A stretch of DNA of 64,000 nucleotides from Dicyema japonicum (GCA_011109175.1 RDEW01000024.1:241199-305198), one strand, 5' to 3'; shown: positions 35,621 through 49,414, counted from the first letter of the stretch. Notes: generated by a model not told the origin, from the letters alone. Numbers and translations are program-made.

Positions 35621-36989
35621 CTAAGGTTTTGGATTTATATGTGAAAAATGTCCTATTGAGGATAAATGATAAACTTTTCTATTGAAAGTGTAAATATGAG
35701 TTTGACTATCTTTTTTAATACATTGAATTAAAACAAATTGTTTATATTACTGTCACTAAGCGAAAATGAAAAAGAATTTTGACATAATTCTCTGTGTACT
35801 GATGATTTCAAATTTTAAGAAATTTAGATTTTAAGACTTTTTCAAAATTTAATGTATTTTATAAACTGTTTTTGATTTTCGCAGTTGTTTTTAAATTTTT
35901 AGATTTATGTATTATTTATTACCACATTATTATTAAATTTGTTATATTAAAAAAATTACATAATTTAGTGAAAAATTATATTTTTATCCTCTGATATATT
36001 AAAGAAACATGAAAATAGCTAAGTTTTAATTTCTTGTCAAATTAATTTTACTGTAAAATTAGAATGTAGCAACATTTGGACGAAAATTGAATGAAAATTG
36101 TCCAATTGTGAAAATGATTGTTAATAAGTTTTACTTTCTAGTGAAAGTGTACACATGAATTAATTTTTGTTTTAATTTATATAGAAATATATTGTTACGA
36201 TGTCAAACTGAGATCTACTTTTTCGAAATTTGAAGTATTTTAATATATAAACTGTTTTTTTTAATTTTTGCAATTTTTTAAAATTATTCGATTTATATAT
36301 TGTTTGTTACCACATTATTACAATATTGTTATATTCAAACAATTGCATAATTTATTGTAAAATTATATAATTTTAATTTTTAAACTAATAAATTTCTTTT
36401 TTAAACTACTTCAGACAAAGGCTTCCTTCAATGAGACTCGAGCAATGCGAAGGACTGGTTGAGACAGAGGCTCGAAATTGGGGAGATTTACTAAAAGACT
36501 TTACTTGTTTTTTTTAAATTAATTTTAAATTCACTTAGAAAGAAGTGTACGAAATTCTAAGCCAGACCATGTTAACACATTCACGTGGACTTAATGAGAT
36601 TCTTATCAAACTCTTAAAAAATCTGGACAAGGTGCACTGACCAAAGTTTATAATTCGTCTATAAACCGCAAAAACTTGAGAGCATCCGGCCAACATAAGT
36701 TAAAAAAGAAGCCTACATCATTCAGTTTACTTTTTCTTTTGTGTTCAATGTACAAATCGTGGAAAGCTCGTCATTGTGAAAGTCAACGAAATTCTCTCTG
36801 ATAAACTTTTCGCCACATATTTAAAAATGATAGATAAATTGAAAGTCATCTCATCCCCATGACTGATTTCATTTGCTCTGGCTTCTTTTAAAAGCCAAGA
36901 GATAAAAAGACCGTTTTGTGGTCAGTTTACATCTGTAAGCATTCAATATCCAGTTCCCAAGTAGAATCTTACTTTGACTATTTTTTCAA

Positions 36990-37570
36990 ACGGATATTCC
37001 TGGATATTTTTAACTTTTGCTTAATTTTTTGCACGACCCATCGATGTAGATGCGGAGGAATGGTCGACGCCAAAGATCATCACGCTCTTTCCTGTCAGAG
37101 AAGTGCTGGAAGGAGTCCTAGACACGCCGCAATCAAAAGAATTATTGCTTAAGGACATGAGGCTGCCGGATTACGTTTCCAATTGATGCTGCTTAGACGT
37201 GCTCAAGCCAACCGAAGACGGGACGGAACCAATCTTCACATGAGAGAGTACTAAATACCTCGCCTATGCCACCTGCATCGATAGCTTTCAAGGACAGCAA
37301 CTGACCCATGTTCTGCTTCGGAGAAGGCTGAGACTTTAAAGATAAAAACATACGAATGTCATGGAGGACAATTCATCTTCTACCAGTGGCAGTCGAACGA
37401 CAGAATCAAAGAAAGCAGGTCACTGACCCTGCTAAACAGGATCGGCTTGTTCATCGCGAAGAAGAAAACAACAGGAGAGAAAAGAACTGGCTCATTGAGC
37501 GCATTTCCTTGCATATAGTCATGGGAAATGTGTTTTCAATTATGAAAGTATCCATCAGTTGTTATTGTTA
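36990..37570 (+). mobile_element. Degenerate CRE-like endonuclease region
   Basis: CRCGGMVDAKDHHALSCQRSAGRSPRH; WLIERISLHIVMGN. Confidence 0.8.
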
Positions 37571-38715
37571 GATTTTGCGTTTAAATAAAATTGGTTTTTG
37601 ATAAAAATTTTCTTAATAGCCAGCAGATAGGACTAATTTGCCCCGTAGCATTTTATCAGTCTTCTGGCTATTTCATAATTTGTTACCCCATAGTTTACCA
37701 ATTCCGGTTACTCTTCATGATATGTGATATTTTGATACCGAGAAGGGACAACGATGTTCTCTTGGCTTATGCAGATGACATTTTACCATCGCATGCCGTT
37801 GAAGACAAAATACATACTTGTGTGGTTAAACATGAATTGACTACAATTAGCCATGAGAAACTCATTACATTTCTGGAAATGTCAAAAGTCAAATGAAATT
37901 GAAACGGATTCTAAAACATCATCATATAAAAATCAAGGGAGTCATCTATGATAAACATATATGTTTTGCCCGGCTTGTCGGAAATTTGCTAATAATTGCT
38001 AAAAAAAGTGTAAATTTTGTGTTCAAATTTAACTAATTTTTCGTTTTTACTGCAAAACTTTACTATAAGCGATTATCATTCAATTAATGGAGGACCATAA
38101 TGGCAGAGCCTGACTGTTTGCGCAGACTGAGATACCGAATAGTTTGAGTTTTTTGTATTTATTTCTCGTGCCGCGGGGTTCTTAAATGGGAAATCTATTT
38201 AAAAATCATTCTAGCTCAAAGCAAACCCTGGAAAATAAAAATTGTTTAACTGACTGATTTGCTTAGAACAAAGTTGATTGAAATAAGCATTGGATCTGGT
38301 TGTTAACCAATAAGATATGAATTCTTGGGGTTCCGCTTGTGCTGTGTTCTTATAATATCCGTTCTAACATTATTCTCCATTTAACTTTCCGCCTTGCACG
38401 TCTCTGCAAGTCATAGAAGAAATCCATGCATAAGCTATCGTGTCTAGTGTTCGAAGCGAGTCCTCTAAAGTTGAAAGCTGAAATTGAAATCGGGGTAAAT
38501 AGACAGACTGAGAGTACAATAAAGACAGGCATTATTAGAGAAGGTTAACCACTCAACCAACAAATAATTTTTTAAATAATGTTTAATTAACCTTGTTAAA
38601 AAATTATTTCTAGTAAGACATGCTAAATAAATTACTTAAATTTTTCCGTATTTTAAATAAATTTTAATGTATCCTGGCGAAACTTATCAAAATATAGCAA
38701 AAAGTTTGCATAAAT

Positions 38716-39144
38716 CAGAGGTGTGAGATATGCGGCCGCGAGCCTCATGCGCAACAGTAATGTTTAGTGGAGTTCGTTAAATGCAACAGTACCGTGCAAA
38801 CCCGATTTTATGGCTATAAACAAAATATTTTAATAATTTAATTAATTTTAATTATTTTTTTAACAGAATTTGTGAATCTTGTTTGTCAATGGCACGTGTT
38901 TTTTCTGGAACTATAAAACGGTGTTTGAAAGATACAAAGAGTGTTTCAAAAAATGGGAACTTCTCTATTTTTGTACAACGATTGATGGAAAAATACATTG
39001 TTTGATATGTAACCAGTTTATCGCTATATTGATAGAATACAGCTAAAAAAGGCTTATTTTTGGTTTTTCATTAAAAAAAATCTTTCCTTGATGAAAAATT
39101 ATTATAAATGCGGCCTTCGAAGCTAAATGAGTTTGACACCCCTG
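38716..39144 (+). mobile_element. Non-autonomous hAT (Buster/SPIN-type) element
   Basis: TIRs CAGAGGTGTGAGA / CAGGGGTGTCAAA; perfect 8-bp TSD GCATAAAT; internal BED-finger remnant (GKIHCLICN). Confidence 0.9.
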
Positions 39145-39179
39145 GCATAAATAGTATTTGAATACATATTTTTGTAGAA

Positions 39180-41590
39180 ATTCGCTGATTGTCGTGCTTT
39201 TATTATCGGGGATAGTATATTTAATATGAGGCTATTTCTCGCTATGAAACTGGACTAAATTTACTGTCATGTATTTTTCCAAAGAAATTCTTAAGTAGTT
39301 AAGGGAGTTGGTTTATTTTAGCTGACTAAATTGGGCGAGGCCTATAAGCAAGTAAAAGAATGACTATTTTTATTTATAATAAATTTTTGATGTTATTTGA
39401 TTTAGTGGAGATGACTACTAGTTCTTGAGGAATGGAGAGTTTGAGGTCGATCATCAGCACGTAAATTTATATTTTTTCAATACTTAGTAAGGAAGACGGA
39501 TTTAAATTTAGCAAATTTAGAAATTTTAGTTTAGATGATATTTCATTTAAATCCAAATATATTAAATTTAAACTGGTTTATTGGAATATGCCTGTGGGCT
39601 TTAAAGTCAAGAAGAAAAAGAAAAATAAGAATCCTTAGTTGAAATGAAGTAATTCACATAATATATTGAAGAAATAGATTATAATAATATTTCCTAAAGT
39701 TTCGGCGGTTTGTCTAATAAAGAATGTTGCTGTAACTTTCTCAGGTTTACTATTTTTCAATAATACTTTAGGAATGCTTAGCTGACATATTCATATTAAT
39801 GGATGATGCCGATTTATTGGAGAAATAGGAAAAATGAATTAATTTTACACTTTTAAAATAATGTTCAAATGCAGACAGATTATTTTGAACCACGGAGATC
39901 AGGTTTTTTGTGTTTATTATGTTGTAAGCCTCAAGAAGTTTAAATGGAGTTTTGCTTCGAAAATAATCCCTTTTAGCAATTTTAATAAAATTATTTTAAA
40001 TTCATTGAAATTTCATGTTTTTACAGGAAAATCTTAAAGTGAAATGGAAAATGTTGATTCTAATTTATATATGAATTTTTGATATTACAATAGTATTAGT
40101 AATCCAATGTTTATTTCTAATCAAACTGTAATATTGTTTTTATGTATTGAATCCAAATATTAATGATATATTGTGAATGTGCTCCATTCATAAACACAAT
40201 TTTCGATGTTTTCATTCACAAGTTAAATTCTAAAAGTAATATGTGAAGATGTGTATCTTCTATGAATGATTACTATCACGGCGTGTATAAGGATGACATG
40301 GAAAGCTGTATTATAGAAATTCTAGTTTTGAATTTAGGGATAGTTTGTCATGTTCAAAATTATTAATGTAATATTATATATTGCTTTACATTTTTGGGGA
40401 TTTATGATATATTTACTTTTATAAAAAAGGAATATAGTCAAAGATGTGAGATTTTTATAGTGATTGTTATTTAAAAGTTCATAAATTATTTTTGACGATA
40501 TGACGATATATTTATATTTCAATATAATTTTGGATATTATTGCACAAAACTGGAAATTGTACTGCAACTATATTAGAGTTTATTGATGATACCTGAGAGC
40601 ATTGAAGTCAAAGCTCTAAACAAGTAAATTTTTATGATTTGGAGACTTTCTTCACTTACATATATTATCGAAGCATTTAAAAATCTATTTTAGATTTTTA
40701 TAATCATTCATTCTATAAAGATATGGTATTTTGTCAGGTTAACTTTCAAAAATAAGATAGATATGCCTTTAATGAATTAGCGACAGATTGATATGCTCTT
40801 GATTTGCTGGAAATAGAAAAGATTTGTAAAAATTTATTAATTTTAGACTTTTCAAACTATGTTCAATAATAAACAAATTATCTTCAACCACCATACAATA
40901 TCACGTTTTTTTCGTAGATTTATTATTAGATTCAAGAAGAGCTGTCTTGAAAATTTACTGATACACAAATCGCCTTTGACATTTTCGTTTGTTGTATAAA
41001 TTCTATGAACCGTTTATTAAATTGTTAAATTAAAGAACAAGAATATTGACATGAAAGATCAAAAAAATTTAAAATCCAAAATAAAGATTTATATAAATTC
41101 TTCAAACCTAAATTAATATTCCTTAATTGTAAGAAAAATGCATATCCTGATTTATCAAAGCGTGATTAAACAGACGCTGATGTTGCTGAAAATTATTTCA
41201 GACAATGTTCTAACGTTTTGGATTTATATATGAAAAATGTAAAATTGTGAGGATAAATGATAATTTTTTAGTGAAAGTTTAAAATATGAGTTTGAAAACT
41301 GTTTTAATACATTGGATCTGAATAAAGTGTTAATATTACTGTCATTAAGCAAAAGTGAAGGATAATTTGACTTAACTCTGTGTGCAATTGATGAATTCAA
41401 ATTTAAATAAATTTAGTAAGATTTTTTGAAATGTAAAGTAATTTTATTTTTGTTGATTTTCGCTCTTGTTTCAAAATTCTTGATTTAATATTATTTATTA
41501 CCAAATTATTATTAAATTGTTATATTAAAACGTTACATAATTGAGTGAAAAAAAATATATAATTTGGAAAATTAAATGCAAGAAAATTTG
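39180..41590 (+). repeat. Segmental duplication unit 2 (SCFD1 last-exon copy, RRM-like pseudogene, single satellite monomer)
   Basis: AATATGAGGCTATTTCTCGCTAT (SCFD1 exon), TATGCCTTT..GAATTAGCGACAGA (RNP1 exon), and monomer at ~41160. Confidence 0.8.
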
Positions 41591-41599
41591 ATCCTCCAT

Positions 41600-41850
41600 T
41601 GTTCAAATATAGACGAATGTGTTGCTATGTGGCTAGTTGGTCAAAAATTTATTTTCTTTCTTTCTGATGTTGTCATTGGATCCATCTTACTGAGGAGACG
41701 CCCAATGTCTAGCCGGTATCGAAAGGATTAACTACTCTTTCCACGGGGGACAATTTCGTTACCTGAAGACAAGTTCTGCAACGCTGGAACAAGTCAGGAT
41801 ATGGAGTTTGTTAGTTTGGTTACCCTTGGTCTTTGGAATAATTTAATTTA
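41600..41850 (+). mobile_element. Diverged SINE-B-related element
   Basis: Core TGTCATTGGATCC..GACGCCCAATGTCTAGCCGGTATCGAAAGGATTA; tail CCCTTGGTCTTTGGAATAATTTAATT shared with 45560-45845. Confidence 0.65.
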
Positions 41851-42559
41851 ATCGTAAAAACGAATAAATTTATTTATTTAATACAATTTCATGAAGTTAC
41901 ATACCCAGTTTAAATACCCTTAGTTTAAAGAATGTATGATTTTACACTTTTTATCAGAACCCTCAGTTTAGCTTGGTGTTCCTTGACCCAACACAATCCG
42001 TGATATACGACTACTGGGTGGTCGCTATGTAACATGTACTCTACGTTGTTAAGACGAATATGTTTTTCGTGTGTTTGGTAATAGTCGTTTCCTTCCTTCG
42101 ATCAAGTAATGCCAAAATATGTAGCCAAGTTGTTGAGTAGAATATAGGTTTTACGCTATAATATTTTTTGCATGTTGAAAAAAATCGCAAAATATTCTTT
42201 GTGCGCTCGAAAATCGTTCCAAAATCTGCGTATGAGAAAACAAAATATTTCTCTACAATTTAATTTTTCGGCGGCATGGCAGTATGTACAGATTAAAGAG
42301 TGTTGGTCAAAGTGAAAAACCTCATTAGATGGAGGACATGTCTTAAATATATGCTGTAACCTCTAAAGCTTTCACATGACTCCTCATTGTCGTGACATTG
42401 GAGAAAAATTTATACTTTCTATTCTTCTAAAGGGATGGACTTTCAAGGGAGGCCTAATCTTAAACTGTTTTGTGGCAATCGCAATATTTTGACCTATAAA
42501 GCTTCAATTTACGACATTAAATAATCTAGTTTAGAAAAGGAATCGGTTATTAGAGAAAA

Positions 42560-44040
42560 AGTAGAGCGCCGTAACCCTAGCAGCACGGATGGTCCCTCTC
42601 GAAAAATCATTAAAATGTTTCAGTTTAGATAATCTCTCCAGTTCTCCCTGAAGATATTCCATTATGAATACTCTCCTGCTAAAGAATGAAGTGAAATCCG
42701 CGACGGTAGGTCATGCGATGAAACTGGAAAGGGTTTACATACTTCTCCGCCTCTCTTCTGAAGCGGTAGCCTGTAATGGAAATCGGAGGATCGATTTGGT
42801 CGCCACAAATATAGGTTCTCTCTTGGGTTCCTTCTTGGATTAATTGGTTGTAACTGATGTGCTGTGCTTATCAACTTTGTAAAACTGGGGTTAATAAATA
42901 AAATAAACGACTGTGCTGGCTATCATTGTTGTTTTCTTTAATCATCTGATTTTGTCAGAATGCTTGGAATTCTGTGCATAAATATAAGATTACTGAATTC
43001 GAGCAATCTTTTATTTGGTAGGGAAATAGTCCGACATTGATCTCCAAATAGTCCACAAAAGATATTGCGATAATAAACTCTTTATAATAAATGATAAATA
43101 ATTTAAGTCAAAATAACCTTATTAAGGAGAGAGCTGATAATTAAGAAAAATACCACAAGACTTAACACTTCCAGAGATCCTCTCTTGTTAGTCTTCAAGG
43201 CAGATTGACCCAGTTACTCATATTTGACCAGATAGAGTTTTAAGCCACCGATGCTTTCTTATTTTCGAGTGTTCGCGGATAACATATATTTTGAGTGGCT
43301 ATCCTCTTTAGATCTCTATGTACATTTAACATTCTATGTCTCAGACTTTTCTTAAGCACTTATGCTTTTTTCATTCACGAACGGAGCTGATTTTTCGTTT
43401 TTGAGAAAAAAAGAACGATCCTCGAGCTCTTGTATTTTCAACCCTTTTCACGCTTAATTGCTTTATTGACTTAAAATAATTTTTTTGTTTTTTGAGGGAA
43501 AAAGACTGCAAAATATAAGATTGTTATTTTTCAAATGATAAACGTGTATTATAAGCCGGTCAGTATCAACATCCAAGATGTTGTGACACACGACAATAAA
43601 TTGTGTTCGAGAATTAGCAAGGCACAATTAGCCAACAAAAGGAATGCCTGAGGCTCTTGTACAAATTATCCATCAGAAGGACGATGATTACTCTTTCCTC
43701 AAACCCCATTCTAACAAAAACTATGGAAGGTGAAAATCAAGTATTGAGAACTATAACGGGCTGTCTAAAGTCATTTCCTGTTGACAACTTAGACTTGGAG
43801 TAGAAGATCCTGCCGTCATATAACATCACTTAAATAAGAACTTTAAAATACATCCAACAATCAGTCGACCCAAATAACCAACTTTTCATTACTAGAATCC
43901 ACTAACCCTATAAACATTCGGGAACCATCACTGACCTCTAATGCACACTTGAGAAAATCCACATTCCGAAAAAACACCAACCTTAATTTTGACTTTGATC
44001 AGTTCCCCAAGTTAGAAAAACTGGGGTTAATAATTTAATT
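42560..44040 (+). mobile_element. Two degenerate LINE 3' ends (~42560-42900 and ~43530-44040)
   Basis: Both end AAAACTGGGGTTAATAA(A); broken C-terminal frames. Confidence 0.5.
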
Positions 44041-44218
44041 TAACGAATAATTCTATTCCATTATGAAACTGGGATTTTCAAGTGTTAATTTCATGTAGTT
44101 CTAGACAGACATCCCATTCCATCTGTATTTTCAATCTCGTCTTACAAGGAATCTCACTAGGAATGCCCGTAGTATGTGTTTCATTAAGCTCGCTAGAAAT
44201 ACACCAGCACGAAACAAT

Positions 44219-44557
44219 TTATTTATTTATAACCCCGGATACACCGAGAAAGAAGTTAAAGTAAACAACTAAATAAGTGTATCCAGTTTCCACTTCTACA
44301 GAAACAGAGTCCATCCGGAATTAGACGCACAAAGGGTAAGACGTCCATTACATGCAGTTGTGGAAACCCTTCCAGTGGAGTGGGGAAAGAGCAAATAATC
44401 CTTTTTCGTGCCGGCCTGGCACTGGGCGTCACCTAGACAGGTGGATCACATGACGCCACTCTATTAGGAAGAGAGAGGAGGTACAGACAAGCAAGCAGAA
44501 AACTTCAACCGATTAACCACGCAGCACCACATGGCGCCACGCGGAGATTATTATTAT
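44219..44557 (-). mobile_element. Young full-length SINE-B
   Basis: 10-bp TSD ACGAAACAAT (44209-44218, 44558-44567) and (TAAA)n tail. Confidence 0.9.
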
Positions 44558-45214
44558 ACGAAACAATAAAAGATTTTATAAATTTGTATTAATAAATACA
44601 CGTAATTATTATTTATTTTTGAATATGTGAGTAATTGTAGCAAAACAATCAAAGTAATCTAGCTGAAGTAATTGGCTGATTGTTTCGCCTGACAATTGCC
44701 AGAGAAATCCTTTGGAACAGCCACTCGTTTCCCGACGTTCGTTACTCGCTTTTGTTATCATGGATCCCAACGATCTTATTATTAACTGTATTTTTTTCTC
44801 GGTGTATCCAAACTTAATAAATTAATTATTTTTATCAGAAAACGAGTAACATCGTCATCAGTGCGCAGTGGGTTGAGATTGAAACCACAACAGCAACTAA
44901 GGCATAATTTTTAGATAATAGATTTTAGTTAATGTTCCATTTCCAGAACTGAAAACGCATAGAAAATTAACTTCGAGTACTTTCACTGCCGTTGACAACG
45001 AAAAATAAAAATGCTAGAATATCCCCTATTTCCATGTCTTATATTCTGCATGGAATAGTCAGAATGAATCTCGACTGCAAGCACGTCTTTAATCGTGAAC
45101 ATCGCTGTTTTTTAGTTTTATAAAATGAGCAGCCTAATCATGTGGATTAAAGATGAAAAGTTTGAGAACCAACTATGATCATTTTACCAGTTTCGTCTTC
45201 AATCGGGCTAAAGT

Positions 45215-45365
45215 GGCATAGGTCACGGGTTCGAATCTCGCTGCTGTTCACCTGGTGGAAGGTTCCACGCATCTAGATGCTAAAAGGGCTTGACGAGTGA
45301 TGCTGTCAACAGTGGAATTCACTGCGGAACTGGATAGTCTAGAAAGGACCCACACACAAGAAAAC
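45215..45365 (+). mobile_element. SINE-A head and core
   Basis: GGTTCGAATC at 45228-45237, then TTGACGAGTGATGCTGTCAACAGTGGAATTCACTGCGGAAC. Confidence 0.75.
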
Positions 45366-45559
45366 GTGGTGTGTCTTGTCGAAGTAATTTCTGCTATCCT
45401 CAGCTTATTGAAAATTCTCTGTTTACAAAATATACTTTAAGCATAAAGCGATTTTTATAATACGTGCTGCCAAAAATGTCGCGTGGCTTACCAATGACGT
45501 GATGGCATTGACATTGAATGTGAAAAAGAGTCGCAAATCCTATTTCCGGAACGTGGAGG

Positions 45560-45845
45560 TGTCATGCCATGCGGCTAATTGATTGAAAATTTCTCAAGCT
45601 TCTTTCTGATACGTCATGGATTCACCTTACTCAGAAAACGCCTAATACGGGCCGGCATTCAAAGGATCCATATTCATTCCAATGAGAAACAATTTCGTTC
45701 CATGGCGACGAGTTCTGGTAACGACTAGCTCCCCGGTAATGTCCTCTGGATCACTGTGCTTGTGTGAGGGTTCTGATGGAAGCGTCAGAATTAAGGAATT
45801 AGTTAATTTTGTTTTCCCCTGGTCTTTGGAATAATTTAATTAATT
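45560..45845 (+). mobile_element. Diverged SINE-B-related element
   Basis: CGTCATGGATTCACC..AACGCC..GGCCGGCATTCAAAGGATCC core. Confidence 0.65.
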
Positions 45846-45854
45846 TATTACTCC

Positions 45855-48330
45855 TTATTTGTGATTGGTGGGGAATACTATGTTGAATATGAGGCTATTT
45901 CTTGTGATAAAATCCGTAAGAATAAAAATGAGTTATGGATCCACTGTCCTGTACTCTCCAATGAATTTCACGAGTAGGTGGCTTTATTTAGCTTAATAAA
46001 TTAGGAGAGGCCTACTCTGCAAGTAAATGAATGATTATATTTATTAATAATAATTTTTTGATGTTATTTGATTTATTGGAAGTGAGGATTTGTTTTAAGG
46101 GAATTGAGAGTTTTTGAGGATGGGCCATGTCAAATTTGCTTGTGAGTCTTCTGAGAAAGGTTTATTAGTTTAAGATGAGTTACATTTAGTTATTTGTTGA
46201 ACGATCGTTAATAATCGCCATTTTATTTTTTATAATATTTTGTTCAAAAAATTCTAGATGAAGACTTTGAATTTTGTACAAGTAATCGTTATTTCAACAT
46301 GCATCAATATTCATGAAATTAACTTATTTTATATGAATATTAGTTTCGATGACATATTTATATTTTTGGTCATAACTAAAATTTATATTTGACATGTATA
46401 TGTTAAATATAAACTTTTAAAAGGTGATGGTATTTTAGAGAACACTCATTATTTGAAAATAATGTTTATTATTTCTATATTTCCGTACATTTTTGGTATT
46501 TCGAGTATAAGTGAATTTATTTGTTATTATTAAATTAATGATATTGAGGACGGTTTACTTTAATTTTTTAGTTTTGCTGCCTTAATGAAATATTGTGATT
46601 TTGCTTAATTCATTATACAAGTTTCGATATTTTCAGCCAAAAGCGATTTTCTAATAACTTGTATTTCTATGAGTGAATGTTATCACGGCATGAATAAGAT
46701 AGCATGTAGTCCTTTATTGTAGAATATCAAAATTCTTATAGTTTGAGTAATTTGTAATATACTAATGTTATATTATTAAATTTGACTTTTATAAAGACTA
46801 GTATAAAGATATGAGACTTGAAATTTATACTCGATTTAAACTAAAATTTATTGGATGATGTCCGCGGGCATTCATGTCAAGAGCGCACTAAACAATAAAT
46901 GGTATTTTGGCAGGTGCAAATTTTTAAAATACATTACTGAAATAGACAGATGGATATGCTCCTGATTTACTGTAAAACACGAGGTTTTAAAATTTATTAA
47001 TTTTTAAGACTTTGCAAACTAAGTTCAGTAATAAATAATTATCTTCATCGACCATTCAATATTTTTTTTCTCGATTTTTATTAGGTTCAAGAAGAGCCGC
47101 ATTGAAAATTTTACTGAACAAAAGACGTCTTTTCAATTTCGTTTTGTCGTTTAAATTTCAATGAACGTTGATTAAATTCATTAAATCGGAGAACATGGAA
47201 TATTTATATTGAAGGATTCACAAGATATTTAGAATCAAAAAAAGATTTATGCATATTCTCCACATCTATATTATATTTCTTGATTGTTAGGAAAATTCAT
47301 ATTCTGATATTTATCAATGCATGATTAAACAAATGCTGATGCTACTGAAAATTCTACATGACAATATTCTAGCGTTTTGGATTTACACATAAAATGTCGA
47401 ATTGTGAAAATAAATGTAAATCTTTTCTAATGAATATTTAAATATAGAGTTTGAATGTTGTTTTTGATATATAAATTGTTTATATTACTGTCACTGAGCA
47501 AAGGTGATCAATATTCCGACATACTCCTCTATGTACTTAATGATTTCAAATTTTAATAAATTTAGTTTTAAGATTTTTGATTTTTAATCTGTTTGTTGAT
47601 TTAAGCGTTGTTTTAAAATTCTTTAATTTATTTATTACATTATTATATCATTGAAAATTACATAATTTAGAGAAAAATTATATATATTTTATTTTATATA
47701 GAGATAATGTTACTAATATGTTAAAGAAACACAATGAGAATTGAAATTTAAAATTTTAAAATATCGTTTAAAAGCAAAAATGTATTTTTGAAACATGCAA
47801 GAAGATCAGAATTTCATTATCATATTTTAGACTCAAGAAGACACAATAACTATTACAATTGGAATTTGTACGCCAAAAAATAACTTTTTATTATTTTAAT
47901 AAAATTTTCTTCAAATTCATTAAAATATAATTTTTTTTGAATAACGTTGATTTTAATGTCTATATGACTTTTTAATGACAATAGATAGAAATCAAATGTT
48001 AATGTTTTTACTGAAAGTGGAAGTATGAATTCAACTATTGTTTTTATATATTGAATCCAAATAAACCGGTAATATTAACCAAAAATAAAAATGAGAGATA
48101 TTTTTGAGATATGCAATATTTAATGATTTCAAATTTTAATAAATTATGTTTACACGGACTTTTCGAAATTTGAAATATTTTCAATTATATAAACTGTTTG
48201 TTGATTTTAGCCGTTGTTTAAAAATTCTTCAATTTATATATTATTTATTATCACATATATTATTGCAATAATTACATAATTTAGTGCGAAAGTATTAAAA
48301 ATAAATAAAATTATTATTATTCTTATAATA
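45855..48330 (+). repeat. Segmental duplication unit 3
   Basis: SCFD1 last-exon copy (TTGTGATTGG...TATGGATCCACTGTC), GAGAGGCCTACTCTGCAAG, monomer at ~47320, and a shared AT-rich tail. Confidence 0.85.
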
Positions 48331-48789
48331 GTATTATTACTAAAAGACTTCACTTGTCAAAAAAGTTATCATAAACGTAAGAAATCAATCAATTTGTTGA
48401 TCAACCTTACGGCAGGCGTGGCCAACCTTTTTCGCTCGCGACTATACATTATTTGTATTTTAATAACAATTTTTTTAAATATTAGAATTTGATTACCAAA
48501 AATGTAAACAAGGTTCAAATGTAAAACGGAGAGAATTTTTATTATATAATAAAAAATTTAATGCTATTTTGTCATTGTAGTTCTCCTGCAATTATTTCGA
48601 ATTCTGGCTTATATAAGGGGATAGTTGGTAACTCTTTTCGTTTTTTTTCGGAATGGGTGACACTTTTTCGAGTGATCCATAAGTCATCACGTTAAGCACA
48701 CGTCCAAAGACTAAGCTCCACAAAATCAATTCTATATACCGAAAAACTATATTTATGGGGGTCTCATTCTAGATCATGGTTAATTCTTT

Positions 48790-49085
48790 ACTCGCGGAAG
48801 CTACGACTCGTAGTCGCGGAACCGGATTCCTTCGGGTCTGTAAGGAGGAAAAATCCGCTTAGCTTGTCCTTTTCCAATGCAAAAGAAAGTCGATTGGTCA
48901 GGAAGTTCTCCTCCACAATCGGATTTCTCTGCAAGGATGAGATAAGGCTCTTTCGCACGGTAGTGGGAACAATAGGAGACCACTGACGTTGGATGCTCAT
49001 TCATTCGATTGCGGGAACTTAGATTACCAACTTTCTGACGTTTTTCTGTCTTTTTTTCTCGGTGATCCCGGGGTTCTAAACAAAC
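48790..49085 (+). mobile_element. Ingi/Vingi-like LINE 3' fragment
   Basis: Ends GATTACC...TTCTCGGTGATCCCGGGGTT(CTAAA), the same tail type as SINE-B. Confidence 0.6.
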
Positions 49086-49414
49086 AAAGATATCTTTGTA
49101 AAACTACAAAAATTCTCTTTGACTATGGGTTTTATTTTAAGAAGTTTGTTTTTGCATCGATGTTGATCCGAAAATGGTTGGACAACATGCTGGTGTTGCT
49201 ACCAAATACGAGGTGAAATAGATAAAAATCATTGCTTGTTTAGGTTCGAAATATGTGTGAACAGCTTTTTTCAATTATGAAATTAAAAAAACTGCTCAAA
49301 TAACAATCCTCACTAATAAAAAATTTACCCACTTTAATAAAAATTGGAACTACAAAAATAGCTGAGCCCAAAATATCAAAAATTGTGTCCAAAAGATGTC
49401 ACCTAGCTACACTA

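Noticed and set aside
36780-36960. Ty3/gypsy RNase H remnant (TDHK on the minus strand)
   Set aside because: Only a four-residue match; downstream motifs are not recoverable.
45215-45245. tRNA genes at GGTTCGAATC sites (also 7241, 10848)
   Set aside because: No cloverleaf or acceptor stem; each continues into SINE-A body sequence.
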